Shown: positions 10,067-20,103 of the stretch, piece after piece
Position numbering within the stretch: position 1 is the first letter of the stretch
Layout of the letters: every line of letters begins with the position of its first letter
NCBI GenBank assembly: GCA_965223665.1
Contig: OZ245011.1
Location: forward strand, 288,001 to 352,000
Length of the DNA: 64,000 nucleotides
Reading direction: 5' to 3'
DNA from: Nitrospinaceae bacterium
GTDB lineage: Bacteria > Nitrospinota > Nitrospinia > Nitrospinales > Nitrospinaceae
Notes under the pieces: generated by a model
Told to the model about the DNA's origin: nothing
Databases searched by the model: none
Seen by the model: only the letters and a program-made list of their open reading frames with translations
Position numbers and translations under genes: made by a program

Positions 10067-10120
10067 TTGACTAAACAGTTAGTTTTTTGTATATTTTAAA
10101 AGTAAACTGAATAGTAAGTT
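10067..10120 (+). promoter_or_regulatory. sigma70 promoter with two TetR operator-like sites
   Basis: TTGACT(10067)-N17-TATATT(10090). GACTAAACAGTTAGTT (10069-10084) and AACTGAATAGTAAGTT (10105-10120) each match the palindrome at 10740 at 13/16 positions. Confidence 0.75.
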
Positions 10121-10132
10121 AAATAAAAAATT

Positions 10133-10714
10133 ATGAGCATATCCAGGAAATCCCAAACAAGAGATAAGATCATTCAAGCTGCATTTGAATTGTTCTACCA
10201 GCAGGGCTATCAGGCAACTACTGTAGATCAAATAATTGATAAGTCAGGGGTTTCTAAACCTACTGTTTATTCCCATTTCCCCTCGAAGGAAGATCTTTGC
10301 GTGGCATATATGAAAGAGCGACACTCCCGGGAATTGCAATCCCTGGATAAATTCCTGAAGCAGGAAAAAACCGCTAAAGATAGGTATTTAGGGGTTATGC
10401 GGTGGATGCAACGGGGATTGATCGATTCTAACTATAGGGGTTGTGGTTTTTTTAATATGGTCTCTGAAATCCCAGACCCTAAAAATCCAATTGTTTATGA
10501 AGCAAAAAATTTTGTGGACCAATTTAGAAAAGTGATTAAAGAGAGGGTAAATGAATTAAGGGAATCTGATGATAAATACAAGGGGTTGGACCCTGATAGA
10601 ATTGCCGATGCCTATTACTTGATTGTTGGTGGTTCTATTATGGGTAGTCAAGAATATAGAGATTCCTGGCCAACAGATAGGGCTTTGTTAGAGGTTGAAA
10701 AATTGATTGAGTAA
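10133..10714 (+). CDS. TetR/AcrR-family regulator (NemR/ComR-like)
   Basis: HTH TTVDQIIDKSGVSKPTVYSHFPSKEDL; RGCGF in the C-terminal domain. Confidence 0.93.
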   Translation: MSISRKSQTRDKIIQAAFELFYQQGYQATTVDQIIDKSGVSKPTVYSHFPSKEDLCVAYMKERHSRELQSLDKFLKQEKTAKDRYLGVMRWMQRGLIDSNYRGCGFFNMVSEIPDPKNPIVYEAKNFVDQFRKVIKERVNELRESDDKYKGLDPDRIADAYYLIVGGSIMGSQEYRDSWPTDRALLEVEKLIE

Positions 10715-10739
10715 CAATATATTTTTTTGCCACAGGTTT

Positions 10740-10755
10740 AACTAACTAGTTAGTT
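10740..10755. promoter_or_regulatory. Perfect 16-bp palindrome, putative TetR operator
   Basis: AACTAACTAGTTAGTT between tetR and the OsmC-family gene. Confidence 0.75.
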
Positions 10756-10791
10756 TTTAAATTAAACTGATAAAAAAGAGGAGAAAGAAAA

Positions 10792-11355
10792 ATGACAACC
10801 AATACTGAACAAGAAAAAGTATTGAATGGGGTTAACGTAACCAAAATGTTTGAAACCATTCACGCTGTCAAAGATAATCCTGACATTGCAAAATTTCGGT
10901 TTAAGGCCACCAATCAATGGATAAAAGGAGGGCATAACCGTACTACTATTAAAGAATTTTATGGGGCTTGTCAGGAGGACACCACTCGCACTGAGCCTTT
11001 TGTTTTAGATGCAGATGAGCCACCTGTTTTATTGGGTGAGGATATTGGCCCAAACCCTGTGGAATATGTTTTAAAAGCGTTAGCGAGTTGTATGACGACA
11101 ACTATGGTTTATCATGCTGCTTCTCGAGGAATTAAAATTGAAGAAGTTGAGTCGACCCTGGAGGGGGATCTGGATCTACAAGGATTTTTGGGGCTTAATG
11201 ATGACGTTCGTAAGGGTTATCAAAATGTTCGAGTTAATTTCAAGGTTAAATCTGATGCGCATCCAGCAATCTTAAAGGATTTGGCAGAAAACTCTCCTGT
11301 TTTCGATATCATATCCAATCCGGTTCCAGTGGAATGCTCTGTCACCAAGGATTAG
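10792..11355 (+). CDS. OsmC/Ohr-family protein
   Basis: ADEPPVLLGEDIGPNPVEYVLKALASC, GDLDLQGFLG, SPVFD. Confidence 0.9.
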   Translation: MTTNTEQEKVLNGVNVTKMFETIHAVKDNPDIAKFRFKATNQWIKGGHNRTTIKEFYGACQEDTTRTEPFVLDADEPPVLLGEDIGPNPVEYVLKALASCMTTTMVYHAASRGIKIEEVESTLEGDLDLQGFLGLNDDVRKGYQNVRVNFKVKSDAHPAILKDLAENSPVFDIISNPVPVECSVTKD

Positions 11356-11380
11356 AAGGGATTAAGTTTTAAAAAAAAAG

Positions 11381-11420
11381 AAACCGGAATCATTTATTAA
11401 TGATTCCGGTTTTTATTTTT
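11381..11420. terminator. Bidirectional intrinsic terminator between the OsmC-family gene and sucD
   Basis: 14-bp perfect stem AAACCGGAATCATT/AATGATTCCGGTTT with A/T tracts on both sides, between convergent genes. Confidence 0.85.
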
Positions 11421-11444
11421 AAGATTTTTTATTTGTCAGAATTG

Positions 11445-12311
11445 CTACAGACACTTGGCAATAGTTTTGCCAAGATCTGCGGGACTCTTAACCACTTTAA
11501 TCCCACACTTTTTCATTACTTTCATTTTACTTTCAGCGGTTCCCTGCCCACCTGAAATAATAGCTCCCGCATGCCCCATCCGTCGACCTGGGGGTGCGGT
11601 TTGCCCGGCAATAAAACCAACTACAGGTTTAGTGATATTTTTCTTAATGAAATATGCCGCTTCATCTTCTGCTGATCCGCCAATTTCACCAATCATACAG
11701 ATTGCTTTTGTAGAACGATCTTTTTGAAACAATTTAAGCACATCTATGTAACGGGTTCCTATGATTGGATCTCCTCCAATACCTACGCAGGTAGATTGTC
11801 CAATACCTAAAGCAGTTAACTGACCAACCGCTTCATAGGTAAGCGTTCCACTTCGTGAAATTATTCCAACACTTCCTTTTTTATGAATATGCCCGGGCAT
11901 GATTCCAATTTTTGCTTTGCCGGGAGAAATGACACCAGGACAATTTGGGCCTACTAAACGAGAATCGGTGTTTTGCAGGTATTTATAAACTTCCACCATA
12001 TCGTAAACAGGAATTCCTTCACTGATACAAACAATTAACGCAACTCCGGCATCTGCCGATTCAAGGATAGCATCGGCGGCAAATCCAGGAGGTACAAATA
12101 TAACGCTTGCATTGGCCTTAGTTTTTGCAACAGCATCTTTTACTGTATTAAATACAGGAACTCCCAAAACTTCTTGACCGCCTTTTCCAGGCGTAACCCC
12201 TGCAACAACATTGGTTCCATATTTTTGGGCCTGTTCTGTATGAAACATTCCTTCTCGTCCTGTGATTCCTTGGACAAGTAACCGTGTTTTTTCATCTACA
12301 AGTATGCTCAT
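11445..12311 (-). CDS. sucD: Succinyl-CoA synthetase alpha subunit
   Basis: [28 protein letters not shown] phospho-His motif. Confidence 0.95.
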   Translation of the reverse strand: MSILVDEKTRLLVQGITGREGMFHTEQAQKYGTNVVAGVTPGKGGQEVLGVPVFNTVKDAVAKTKANASVIFVPPGFAADAILESADAGVALIVCISEGIPVYDMVEVYKYLQNTDSRLVGPNCPGVISPGKAKIGIMPGHIHKKGSVGIISRSGTLTYEAVGQLTALGIGQSTCVGIGGDPIIGTRYIDVLKLFQKDRSTKAICMIGEIGGSAEDEAAYFIKKNITKPVVGFIAGQTAPPGRRMGHAGAIISGGQGTAESKMKVMKKCGIKVVKSPADLGKTIAKCL

Positions 12312-13468
12312 TTGATTGCCTTCACCACTTTTTGAGCGGCATCTTTCATGCCGTTTCCAACAATAAAATTTAACCCTGATTCTTTTAAAAGATAATGCCC
12401 TTCTTCCATGTTGGTCCCCTCCATTCGAATAACCACGGGAACTTTAACTTCTAATTTTCTTGCGGCGGCGATTACTCCATTAGCTAAAATATCGCACCGC
12501 AAGATACCACCAAAAATATTAATAAAAATAGCTTGGACGTTGGGATCTGAAAGTAAAATTCGAAATGCATTTTCAATCATTTCTTCATTAGCTCCACCAC
12601 CCACATCTAAAAAGTTTGCCGGTTGACCCCCCGAATGTTTAATGATGTCCATAGTGGCCATAGCCAATCCAGCGCCATTTACCATACACCCAATGTTTCC
12701 TTCCAACTGAATATAATTCAGATTAAACTTACTCGCTTCAATTTCATTTGGGTCTTCTTCATCCAGGTCTCGATAAGCTAACGTATCTTTATGACGTCCC
12801 AGGGCATTATCATCAATATCTACCTTCGCATCTAATGCTAAAATTCGATCATCAGCGGTGATAACTAGAGGGTTGATTTCAAGCATTGAAAGGTCTTCTT
12901 TTACAAAGCAGTTGTATAAATTAATGATGAATGGAATTGCTTTCTTTAAAACGTCTCCACTGAGGTTCAAACTGAAAGCAATTTTTCTTGCTAAGTAGGG
13001 TTTGACTCCCACCACCGGATCAACATACTCAGTGATAATTTTTTCCGGTGTTTCTGCGGCAACCTCTTCAATTTCCATTCCACCAGCTTCGCTAGCCATA
13101 ATCATTACCCGACTGGTCTCCCGATCAATGAGCAAGCTTATATAAAGCTCTTTAACAATTTCCATTCCCTCTTCGATCAAGACTTTTTTTACGAGTTTTC
13201 CTTCTGGACCGGTTTGATGGGTGACAAGGGTCATCCCAAGGATTTCTCCAGCCAACTTTTCTGCTTCCTTTGGGCTTTTAGCAAGTTTTACCCCACCGCC
13301 TTTACCGCGGCCACCCGCGTGAATTTGTGCTTTAACCACAACAACTGAAGTGCCTAGTTCTTTGGCAGCTTTAGCCGCTTCAGATTTATTGTCGATTACT
13401 TTTCCGTTGGGTACTGAAACATTGTACTTACGAAGTAACTCTTTCCCCTGATACTCGTGTATTTTCAT
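12308..13468 (-). CDS. sucC: Succinyl-CoA synthetase beta subunit
   Basis: [43 protein letters not shown]. Confidence 0.95.
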   Translation of the reverse strand: MKIHEYQGKELLRKYNVSVPNGKVIDNKSEAAKAAKELGTSVVVVKAQIHAGGRGKGGGVKLAKSPKEAEKLAGEILGMTLVTHQTGPEGKLVKKVLIEEGMEIVKELYISLLIDRETSRVMIMASEAGGMEIEEVAAETPEKIITEYVDPVVGVKPYLARKIAFSLNLSGDVLKKAIPFIINLYNCFVKEDLSMLEINPLVITADDRILALDAKVDIDDNALGRHKDTLAYRDLDEEDPNEIEASKFNLNYIQLEGNIGCMVNGAGLAMATMDIIKHSGGQPANFLDVGGGANEEMIENAFRILLSDPNVQAIFINIFGGILRCDILANGVIAAARKLEVKVPVVIRMEGTNMEEGHYLLKESGLNFIVGNGMKDAAQKVVKAIK

Positions 13469-13577
13469 AATAGTTTTTTGGTTAGAAATAAATTTGGAAC
13501 TGTTTAAAAGGAGGGCCGATTTTTATCACATGAGGGGTGAATTGTCAAAAAAAACTGGTTAATTAAAGATGCTTAAA

Positions 13578-14012
13578 TTAGCACTTAGAGGTAATGCTTT
13601 TGGTGGGTCCTTCGGGAGAATTGGATGGCCTGAGGGTGTTATCACTTCGAAAAATTTGCTCCCAGGCATCACGTAATGGATTTAAAATTTTAAGAATAGA
13701 TTCCAAAGCTTTAGAATCAGATTTTACATTTGCAGAGGTTAGTTGGCGTAGAATGAATTGATAAAGGTCTTCCAATTTTCGAGAAATATCTCCTCCTTTT
13801 TCCAAGTCTAATGCTAAAGATAGTTCGTTAATAATATCGTGTGTTTTCTGTATGTATTTTCCTCTTCCTGGTAGATCATTTTTTTCCATTGCTAAAATGG
13901 CCATATTGACGAATTTAATTGCTCCGTCATACATCATGATGATGAGTTTTCCTTGATTGGAAGTAGCAACTTCATTTCTTTGATATTCTTTAAAATAATC
14001 TGCTGGACCCAT
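13578..14012 (-). CDS. fliS: Flagellar export chaperone FliS
   Basis: LIIMMYDGAIKF, IINELSLALDLEKGGDIS..L..LY, LRDAWEQI; follows fliD. Confidence 0.93.
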   Translation of the reverse strand: MGPADYFKEYQRNEVATSNQGKLIIMMYDGAIKFVNMAILAMEKNDLPGRGKYIQKTHDIINELSLALDLEKGGDISRKLEDLYQFILRQLTSANVKSDSKALESILKILNPLRDAWEQIFRSDNTLRPSNSPEGPTKSITSKC

Positions 14013-14048
14013 CCCTATTTGTTCTCCTCAACTCTTAGTTCAAAAATT

Positions 14049-15662
14049 TTATTTATTAAATGCACTTTTGATGCTTTCAATTGAATTGGAAAAAGCTTGT
14101 CTTTGAGTGTTTAATCGACCCAATATCAATTCCAGGTTAATAAATCGATCTCTAATGTTTTGCTCAAATAACTCTAACCGCTCGTCCATATCAAATATTG
14201 TTTCATTCAAATCATCGATTGTATTTGTTACAGTTTTTATTTCAGATTCGAGAGGACCATTTTGTGTCGTATCTAATAAGGCACTTATTTCGCTGTTTAA
14301 TTGTTCAGCCACTCCCATGGTTAAATCAATGGTGCCATAATCTCCATCGACAGAGGTTCCAATTCTAAAATTTAATCCCTCTGCAGAAGTTCCTTCAGCG
14401 CCTGCGAAAAAATTCCCGGTGCCCGTAGCATTGGTAAAGTTAGGTTCTCCAATTTTTCGAAGTTGTGGAACTCCTCCCAGAACGCGGACTTCAAATGAAC
14501 CTGCTTGAGTTTTATCTGTAAAACCTACAAAGGTGACAGCTGAATTACTGGCAATTCCTTTACTAGCAAATAATTCTGCTACACTTTGGGAGTCACCTAA
14601 AAGGGCTTCATCTAACTTCGTAGAATCTACAATAAGAGTCCCGTCTGATTGTGTGGTGATACCAATTTGAGCTAGAAATGAGTTCGCCCCTTTAAGTCCA
14701 TCGATTTCTCCGGTGGTAACGCTTCGCAAAGTATTTTGAAGGTTCTGGACCATAAAGTTACCAAATAGAAGACCCGTTTCCAAAGTCTCCTCATCAAATG
14801 TCAGTTGGTCTCGCAAAAATTCAAATAATTGGTTATAGCCATCTACAAAATCAAATATTTTAGTTTTAATTTCTTCCCGATCCGTTTTGACTTCAATAGT
14901 ACCGCTTCCAATAGATACCAAATTTAAAATAGTACCTTGTACAACATCATTTACTGTATTGCTGGATTTAACTATGTCGATTCCGTCGAGCTTTAACAAG
15001 GCATCTTGTGCAGTTTGGGTTTCAGTGAATGTCATTGCATCGAATTCTCCGGTTCCAATACTCGAAGTAAATAGCCGAGCAGTGACTGAATTTTCTGCAC
15101 CTGTTTTAGTTCCTGATAAAAGTAGTCTTACAGGTGTGGACCCACTTCCATCATTAATGAAAGATGCCTGTACATCGGCCCCAGAATTGTTGATAGCCAA
15201 TCTGAGTCCATCTAAAGAGTTGTTGGACGAGTCGATTTGTATAAAAGTAGTTTTGTCTCCTACTTTAATTTCAAATATGCCTTGTTGTATTTCACTGGTA
15301 ATGGACTCAAAGCCTGCGGAAGTTATTTTGCTTTCCTTGGCCAGTTGGGTGACTTCTAGTGTAAAAGAACCTGAGGTCGAAAGACTGGTGGGATTAATTT
15401 CGACAACGTCCCCATCGCCAGAGGTTTTTGAAAATTCTCCTTTATTGGATATAAATCGACTTTCTGTGTTTATCGAGGCAAGTGAGTTTTTAAATACCTG
15501 CAATTGAGATTTTAAGTCTTGAAAAGCATTGAGCTTTTCTTCCTCGAGTTCTACCTGGGCTAACTTCAGCTCAATGGGTCTTCCTTGGAGTTGAATGAGT
15601 TTGCTCACTACATCGGCAGTGTCAAAACCTGATTGAATTCCAAATATTGAGGTTTCAGCCAT
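14049..15662 (-). CDS. fliD: Flagellar filament cap protein FliD
   Basis: GIQSGFDT N-terminus, VTQLAKE, AQDALLKLDG, SSNTVNDVVQG, C-terminal coiled coil. Confidence 0.92.
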   Translation of the reverse strand: MAETSIFGIQSGFDTADVVSKLIQLQGRPIELKLAQVELEEEKLNAFQDLKSQLQVFKNSLASINTESRFISNKGEFSKTSGDGDVVEINPTSLSTSGSFTLEVTQLAKESKITSAGFESITSEIQQGIFEIKVGDKTTFIQIDSSNNSLDGLRLAINNSGADVQASFINDGSGSTPVRLLLSGTKTGAENSVTARLFTSSIGTGEFDAMTFTETQTAQDALLKLDGIDIVKSSNTVNDVVQGTILNLVSIGSGTIEVKTDREEIKTKIFDFVDGYNQLFEFLRDQLTFDEETLETGLLFGNFMVQNLQNTLRSVTTGEIDGLKGANSFLAQIGITTQSDGTLIVDSTKLDEALLGDSQSVAELFASKGIASNSAVTFVGFTDKTQAGSFEVRVLGGVPQLRKIGEPNFTNATGTGNFFAGAEGTSAEGLNFRIGTSVDGDYGTIDLTMGVAEQLNSEISALLDTTQNGPLESEIKTVTNTIDDLNETIFDMDERLELFEQNIRDRFINLELILGRLNTQRQAFSNSIESIKSAFNK

Positions 15663-15713
15663 GTAAAGTTTCCAAATCCAAGGGCTAATAAAAATATCCA
15701 GTTACTTTGATGG

Positions 15714-15741
15714 TTATCGGCTGTAAACCTTTTAAACTTTA
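15714..15741 (-). promoter_or_regulatory. sigma28 (FliA) promoter of fliD-fliS
   Basis: Minus strand TAAAGTTT-N12-GCCGATAA, about 50 nt upstream of fliD. Confidence 0.85.
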
Positions 15742-15904
15742 GGGTTCCAGCTCTTTTAACCCTCGATTTGGAAAAAATGTAGGTTAGTCCTAGGCAATTC
15801 AAAGGATTTCTCCTAACTATTTGAAATTATTGATAAAAATTTAAAACTATTGAAAAAGTTAGATTTTCTTGAACAAAGTCCAAGGGAAATGCTATAAGGC
15901 ATGT

Positions 15905-16558
15905 ATGAACGAACAATTTGATCTATTTGCTGATAATAATGTTGATTCTGGTTCGAGTGAACCGAAAAAATTAAACCCTAGGATTTTGTACTTTGACTTA
16001 GAAACTCAAAAAAGTGCGGATGAAGTTGGTGGGTGGGGTAATAGCCACAAAATGGGTTTAGCGGTAGGGGCTGTTTGGGATAGCTTAGAGAAGAAGTATC
16101 TAACCTATCTTGAAGAAGAAGCACCAGATTTAGTGAAAAAATTAGTAACAGCCGATTTAGTTGTTGGTTTTAACGTAATAGGATTTGATTATGCGGTTTT
16201 GCAGCCATATGCCAATGATCTTCACATTGACCTTCAGGAAATACCCACTTTCGATATGTTAATTGATGTTCATAGAAAACTTAACCATCGCCTTAGTTTA
16301 AATAATTTGGCTCAGATTACTTTAGGAGCAGAGAAAAGCGCAGATGGATTGGTATCATTGCGATGGTACAAAGAATATTTACAGGGTGACTCCTCCAAGT
16401 TAGAAAAAATTATTGAATATTGTAAAAAAGATGTAGAAATAACCCGTGACTTATTTTTATTTGGCGAAAAAAACGGTTATGTTGAATATGAAAGTCGTTC
16501 AAAGGGTAGGGCTCGACTTGAAGTAGATTGGAAAACTGATCGACTTGCAAAAAAATAA
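15905..16558 (+). CDS. Stand-alone RNase H-like DEDD exonuclease domain (YprB/RNase_H_2-like)
   Basis: YFDLETQ, GFNVIGFDY, RLSLNNLA, YCKKDVEITRDL; start moved to ATG 15905. Confidence 0.8.
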   Translation: MNEQFDLFADNNVDSGSSEPKKLNPRILYFDLETQKSADEVGGWGNSHKMGLAVGAVWDSLEKKYLTYLEEEAPDLVKKLVTADLVVGFNVIGFDYAVLQPYANDLHIDLQEIPTFDMLIDVHRKLNHRLSLNNLAQITLGAEKSADGLVSLRWYKEYLQGDSSKLEKIIEYCKKDVEITRDLFLFGEKNGYVEYESRSKGRARLEVDWKTDRLAKK

Positions 16559-16589
16559 TAAGAAATTCTTTAACGGATTATGGAACTTT

Positions 16590-17372
16590 CTATTTTTTTT
16601 CTGCCAGGGCAACGATTATCGCTTTTTCAGTATTTGGTCCCCAAACCCCATCGGCGGATAAATCCTTTTTCTCCTGAAAATGCATTAAAGATCCTTTAGA
16701 AACTGGGCCCCACTTGCCATCAACTTTTCCTTTATAAAATCCTAATTCTTTTAGAGCTTTTTGTCTGCTTTTTACAGTTGAAAAATTGTTAGCATTAAAA
16801 CGAATTGCCTCTACTATCGTTTGTAATGTGTTTCCGGGGCAGGAGGGTTTTCCAAATAAAAAATGTCCGTATAAATCATTCTCATTCCAATCCCAATGTT
16901 CTCGACATATTTGCCACAATACCAGCCCTGCCAATAATTGTTGATGGTTGGGTTCACCTGCGGAGGGGTCATCTACTTTTTCTCCTTGGAATAAACCTTC
17001 GAACATGACAGACATAAACTCAGAGTTTTCATCTCCAGGCCGACCTTTAAAACCTTGAGACCAGGTAGCTTTGGATAAGTTATTGCATAATACAATTTGT
17101 CCGTTTTTACGAATTGCGAAGGTGTATGCAATACTTTCAACTCCTCCCTTTCGCAGGTGTGAATTCTTGCTGGTATGATACTTGGCAACGGCCTCTACTG
17201 TTCCCCAACCTAATTCTTGGTGTAAAACTAAACCTTTAATTTTTACGGGGTCTCGAGTTTTCCATTTTTTAGCCTTTGAATTTTTTTTTAATACCCTTCT
17301 TCCATCAAGGGGTTTTTTCATATTTAATGCTTTGGCAACTATGGCCAATTGCTCTAGAATATCTTCTTCCAT
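16590..17372 (-). CDS. N-acetylmuramoyl-L-alanine amidase-like protein with C-terminal peptidoglycan-binding domain
   Basis: GLVLHQ, IAYTFAI..GQI, LYGH...KPSCPG (Amidase_2-like); QKALKELGF..VDGKWGP..FQ..LSADGVWGPNT (PG_binding_1). Confidence 0.8.
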   Translation of the reverse strand: MEEDILEQLAIVAKALNMKKPLDGRRVLKKNSKAKKWKTRDPVKIKGLVLHQELGWGTVEAVAKYHTSKNSHLRKGGVESIAYTFAIRKNGQIVLCNNLSKATWSQGFKGRPGDENSEFMSVMFEGLFQGEKVDDPSAGEPNHQQLLAGLVLWQICREHWDWNENDLYGHFLFGKPSCPGNTLQTIVEAIRFNANNFSTVKSRQKALKELGFYKGKVDGKWGPVSKGSLMHFQEKKDLSADGVWGPNTEKAIIVALAEKK

Positions 17373-17478
17373 GGCAGCTCCAAAGTTATATGGTAAATTC
17401 GGCGCAAATAGAATGAAATAAAAAAACTATAAATCGCTTTTCGGAATAAATCAAGGTTGGGAAAAAATCATTTTGAAG

Positions 17479-18477
17479 CTATTTAGTTTTTACAGTATCC
17501 AGGAGTTTTTCAATTATATCCACAGGATTTAAATTCTCTGCCTCTGCTTTAAAGTTAAGGATAATTCTATGTTCTAAAACTTGGCGAGCGACACTTCGAA
17601 TATCCTCTACACTGACAGCTACTCTGTTATCCATTAAAGCCCGTGTTTTGGCTGCCAATATTAAATATTGTGAGGCTCTGGGGCCTGCTCCCCAATTTAC
17701 CCACTCATTTACAAATTCTGGGGAACCTTGGCTCTTGGGACGGGTTGCCTGTACCAAGTCCACCGCAAAATGAGCGACATGTTCTGAAATGGGAACGCGA
17801 GGGACTAATTGTTGTAGTTTTACAATCTGATCAGAATCCATTACTTCGTTTAAATCTGGGTCATGCCCTGAGGTAGTTGAAACGGCTATATCAACCTCTT
17901 GTTCTCTAGTAGGGTATTCAACATTGATGAGAAACATAAAACGATCTAATTGCGCTTCAGGAAGCGGATAGGTACCTTCATGTTCAATTGGATTTTGCGT
18001 TGCAAAGACTAAAAAGGGTTGCTCCAGGTGGTAAGTTGAAGCTCCCGCCGTAATTTGTTTTTCCTGCATTGCTTGCAATAAAGCAGCCTGAGTTTTTGGG
18101 GGAGTACGATTGATTTCATCCGCTAAAATTATATTTGCAAATACAGGACCTTTGATAAATCTAAAGTCACGTTTTCCGGTTGCATGATCCTCATAAAGTA
18201 TTTCTGTTCCCGTAATGTCCGTAGGCATTAAATCCGGAGTAAATTGAATTCGCTTGAATTCTAATTTAAGAATTTTTGCAAGTGAACTGACCAATAGGGT
18301 TTTTGCCAAACCTGGAACACCGACAAATAAGCAGTGTCCCTTCGAAAATAGGGCGATTAAGAGATTTTCGATTACATGGTCTTGACCAATAATTACTTTT
18401 CGAATTTCATGAATGACTTTTTCTTTTGCTTCAAGAAATTCTTTGGCTAGGGTCAGATCCTCAACTGGTGTTTCCAT
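17479..18477 (-). CDS. moxR: MoxR-family AAA+ ATPase
   Basis: GVPGLAKT, RIQFTPDLMP, DEINRTPPKTQAALLQAMQE, ATQNPIEHEGTYPLPEAQLDRF. Confidence 0.93.
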   Translation of the reverse strand: METPVEDLTLAKEFLEAKEKVIHEIRKVIIGQDHVIENLLIALFSKGHCLFVGVPGLAKTLLVSSLAKILKLEFKRIQFTPDLMPTDITGTEILYEDHATGKRDFRFIKGPVFANIILADEINRTPPKTQAALLQAMQEKQITAGASTYHLEQPFLVFATQNPIEHEGTYPLPEAQLDRFMFLINVEYPTREQEVDIAVSTTSGHDPDLNEVMDSDQIVKLQQLVPRVPISEHVAHFAVDLVQATRPKSQGSPEFVNEWVNWGAGPRASQYLILAAKTRALMDNRVAVSVEDIRSVARQVLEHRIILNFKAEAENLNPVDIIEKLLDTVKTK

Positions 18478-18528
18478 TATTTTTCCTTGTCAAATGTATG
18501 CTGAAATACTGAATTTAAGGTACGAGTT

Positions 18529-20103
18529 TTATTTGATTAAGCTGAATAACCTCACTTGTTCTTCTTTCTTTGATGTTTTTGCAAGTTTTGTGTAAATATT
18601 GATTAGTCTAGCATGGACCAGCGGATTAAAAGGATTGATTTTCTCTGCTTGTTTAAAAAAATATTCGGATTGAGTAAAGTTTTTGCGGAAAAAGTAAACT
18701 TCCCCCAGGTTGGTCAGTGTTGTATGAAACATGGGATAATATTTTAGGCTCTCTTGAAGAAGTTTTTCTGCTTTTATATCTTGATTATTGGATAAGTAAG
18801 TTGCTGCTAATTTGTTATAAAGAACGGGAGATAAAGTTTGTGACTTTTGAATAGCTTTTTCATATTCAATAATGGCGGCATCTACAAATTGACGCGATTT
18901 TAAAATATCTCCCAACAAAGTAAAGTCTTGAGCTTGTCTATTAACGGAACTTAAATTTGTTTTGCTTTCGGAAGTTTCTCCAAGTTGAGATTGATTTTTT
19001 TTAAATTGAAACTTTAATACTGTTAGTCCAGGAATTTTTTTTAACGGTTGTTTTTTTATGTAATCTTTCCATTGAATCTGAAATTGTGATAATGAATTAC
19101 CCAACAGTTCCTCTAGAACATTTTCTACCAACTTATTTTTTGACAAGGCTTCGGCTAAAGAAGACAAAATATTTTCCCCTTTAACTTGGACCATATAATC
19201 GACCATAGTTGCCACTTCGGCATATGCTAATTGAACATCTTCGGCACTTTTAAGTTTAGCAAATGAAGGCATCATTGCTTTAAGTTCGACCATGTAATCG
19301 TTGGTTAAGGCATCTGCTAACACGGTCTCCATTATAGGTGATAGATGCTTTTTCCCATTCCGCCATCTGGATTCTAAAAATTTAGCCATTCCCTCGTGAA
19401 GCCAAAGGGGTGCATTATTATTGCTTTTGCTGCTTAATAAATAATGAACATATTCATGACTCAAAGTGTCCATCCAGTTATATCCACGAACTAACGATCC
19501 TGGAGAAATCATCATTATTCGATTATATTTGCAAAGTGCCACCGTTCCTGATGTCATGATGTCTTTTAGGGTTAACGGTGAAATGCGAGAAAATGGTTCC
19601 CGATCCGGGTAAATTTCAATTAACACTTTTTCTTTGGGAAAGAAGTTTAAAATTTCTCCTAAAGTTTGATATGATTTTTCCAGTACTTCTTCTGCGAACG
19701 GAATCAGAACTTCATCCGGGCCATCAGAATAATGAAAAATAAAATGATCTGATTCGTGGGAAACAAACCCTTGGGTTGCATCGAGTGTGTTTTTTACTAA
19801 AGTCTTAAAACTTTTGACCATAGATTGATTGTCTTCGACATCTTTCAGTAATTCCCACGCTTTTTGATAATTTCCTTTATAAAACTCAACTCTAGCTTTC
19901 AAAAATACAACATCCCCAGAGTTAGGGTATGTTTTGTTAAGGGTTTTGACATAGGAATCAGCCTGGCTAAATTGCCATTGGTCGATATAAGTATACCCAC
20001 GTGTAATATCTTCTTGAAAACCCGCGAAAGAGACGCTGATTATTATCTTGAACAATAAAGTGCAAGCTAATAGGCTGAGAAAATTTTTTCTGAAATTTAT
20101 CAT
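18529..20103 (-). CDS. Exported peptidase-MA-like zinc metalloprotein with TPR repeats
   Basis: Signal peptide, HEYVH plus PLWLHEGMA gluzincin motif, N- and C-terminal TPR-like helices. Confidence 0.8.
   Translation of the reverse strand: MINFRKNFLSLLACTLLFKIIISVSFAGFQEDITRGYTYIDQWQFSQADSYVKTLNKTYPNSGDVVFLKARVEFYKGNYQKAWELLKDVEDNQSMVKSFKTLVKNTLDATQGFVSHESDHFIFHYSDGPDEVLIPFAEEVLEKSYQTLGEILNFFPKEKVLIEIYPDREPFSRISPLTLKDIMTSGTVALCKYNRIMMISPGSLVRGYNWMDTLSHEYVHYLLSSKSNNNAPLWLHEGMAKFLESRWRNGKKHLSPIMETVLADALTNDYMVELKAMMPSFAKLKSAEDVQLAYAEVATMVDYMVQVKGENILSSLAEALSKNKLVENVLEELLGNSLSQFQIQWKDYIKKQPLKKIPGLTVLKFQFKKNQSQLGETSESKTNLSSVNRQAQDFTLLGDILKSRQFVDAAIIEYEKAIQKSQTLSPVLYNKLAATYLSNNQDIKAEKLLQESLKYYPMFHTTLTNLGEVYFFRKNFTQSEYFFKQAEKINPFNPLVHARLINIYTKLAKTSKKEEQVRLFSLIK

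Noticed and set aside
11445-13468. Citryl-CoA synthetase or ATP-citrate lyase instead of SucCD
   Set aside because: Lengths and motifs match canonical succinyl-CoA synthetase; a phylogeny would settle it.
14887-15507. 206-aa plus-strand ORF and the other antisense ORFs (e.g. 26700-27167, 37328-37786, 44774-45148)
   Set aside because: They are shadows of well-supported genes on the opposite strand and carry no motifs.
16590-17372. Prophage remnant
   Set aside because: No integrase, holin, structural genes or att repeats nearby.
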